From Eledone cirrhosa (lineage: Eukaryota), in the NCBI GenBank assembly GCA_964016885.1, contig OZ024741.1, positions 353,028,001 through 353,092,000 on the forward strand: DNA of 64,000 nucleotides. The letters run 5' to 3'. Position 1 is the stretch's first letter. Each line of letters starts with the position of its first letter. This document shows, one piece after another, positions 63,126 through 64,000 of this stretch. A program made the position numbers and the translations under genes. Under the pieces are notes generated by a model that saw only the letters and a list, made by a program, of their open reading frames with translations, ran no database searches and was not told the DNA's origin.

Positions 63126-64000
63126 GTTTCTGAATTTGTTTAGCAAGATTCTTTATCTGAAATCGTGTGTTGAAACCGATATTGTTATACTTTGGGAGGG
63201 TCATGTTGCCAATAAGAAACACACGCACCAGTTGCCTTCACTTCAATTTATTATAATAAATTTATAATAAATTTATAAATTTATAAATTTCTGGTTGGTT
63301 GGTTGGTTCCACAACCAGATAGTTGTTTATATATAGTCATAGTTCTTTCGTCACACACTCTGTGACCTCTTCAGTGACTGGGGATTCCTTTCTTTGTTTC
63401 TGTGCCTCTCCTTTGTTCTGTCCTACGCCATTTTGTTTCTGTGTGTGTGTTGTGTGCTCAGTCTGCGCATGCGCCACATCCGGGTGTCTGTGTGTGTTTA
63501 TGTTCATTTATTTATTTGTTTATTTACATGTTACTGGTTGGTTGTTTGTTCTATGTGTGTGTGTGTTTTCATTTTGTCCTTAATTGTAAGTTGTGATGTT
63601 TCTGTTTAACCTGTAAAATAAGCCCCCATATTAACTGTAAAACTAGAAATGTAGTGTATAGCATAAGATGTACTGAAGGACAATGTAGAGACAAAAATAT
63701 AGTGTACATAGGTGAGACAGCTCGTAGTGTAGGGGAACGGATAAATGAACACTGGCGAGACCTTCAAGATAATAAAGAATCATCTGTACTCTACCAACAT
63801 GCTAAAATAGAACACAAGAGTAAATTAGAGAACATAGAAATAAAAATAGAATCTACACACAGAAAAGACGCAATGTTTAGACAAATTACAGAGGCAATAA
63901 ACATAAAAGAATTACAACCAAAATTAAATAGAAAATATGAGTGGAACAGCAACATCACAACTTACAATTAAGGACAAAATGAAAACACACACACACATAG
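63126..64000. mobile_element. PLE of the first family, inverted pLTR + GIY-YIG fragment (runs off window)
   Basis: 63126-63606 resembles 21739-22230; 63611-63971 encodes NCKTRNVVYSIRC..YIGETAR..QPKLNRKYEW; preceded by (TA)n. Confidence 0.9.
63335..63379 (-). ncRNA. Minimal type I hammerhead ribozyme in PLE pLTR
   Basis: Reverse complement: AGTCA CTGAAGA G GTCACA GAGTG TGTGAC GAAA GAAC TA TGACT (CUA triplet, 5-bp stem I). Confidence 0.82.

Overview
Eukaryotic, AT-rich, repeat-saturated DNA with no host gene exon that I can support. Dense (TA)n/(CA)n/(GA)n/(TATG)n/(GATA)n microsatellites and the abundant tRNA-type SINEs suggest an octopus-like mollusc (inference). All recognisable coding capacity is retrotransposon-derived. 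(1) An L1/Tx1-clade LINE family, with an apparently intact full-length copy (ORF1 2479-4575 with CCHC knuckle; ORF2 4610-8029 APE-RT-Zn) in tandem behind a damaged copy, plus five more relics. The copies end in AATAAAGAAATC followed by (ATT)n or (TATC)n and sit inside the same microsatellites. (2) Penelope-like elements (RT + C-terminal GIY-YIG) inserted in (TA)n as asymmetric palindromes. (3) RTE LINE relics and a non-autonomous bipartite RTE derivative arrayed in (TATG)n. (4) Three SINE families and MITEs. The most striking hidden layer is RNA structure: about 13 hammerhead-ribozyme motifs from about 7 sequence-unrelated families, all in (TA)n-inserted elements. They include a 485-nt-periodic tandem pair (retrozyme/circRNA-like) and a shared 'one arm flush with (TA)n, other arm carries a 40-95 nt tail' architecture. 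All calls are from reading by eye; no alignments or database searches were run, and boundaries of degenerate repeats are approximate.
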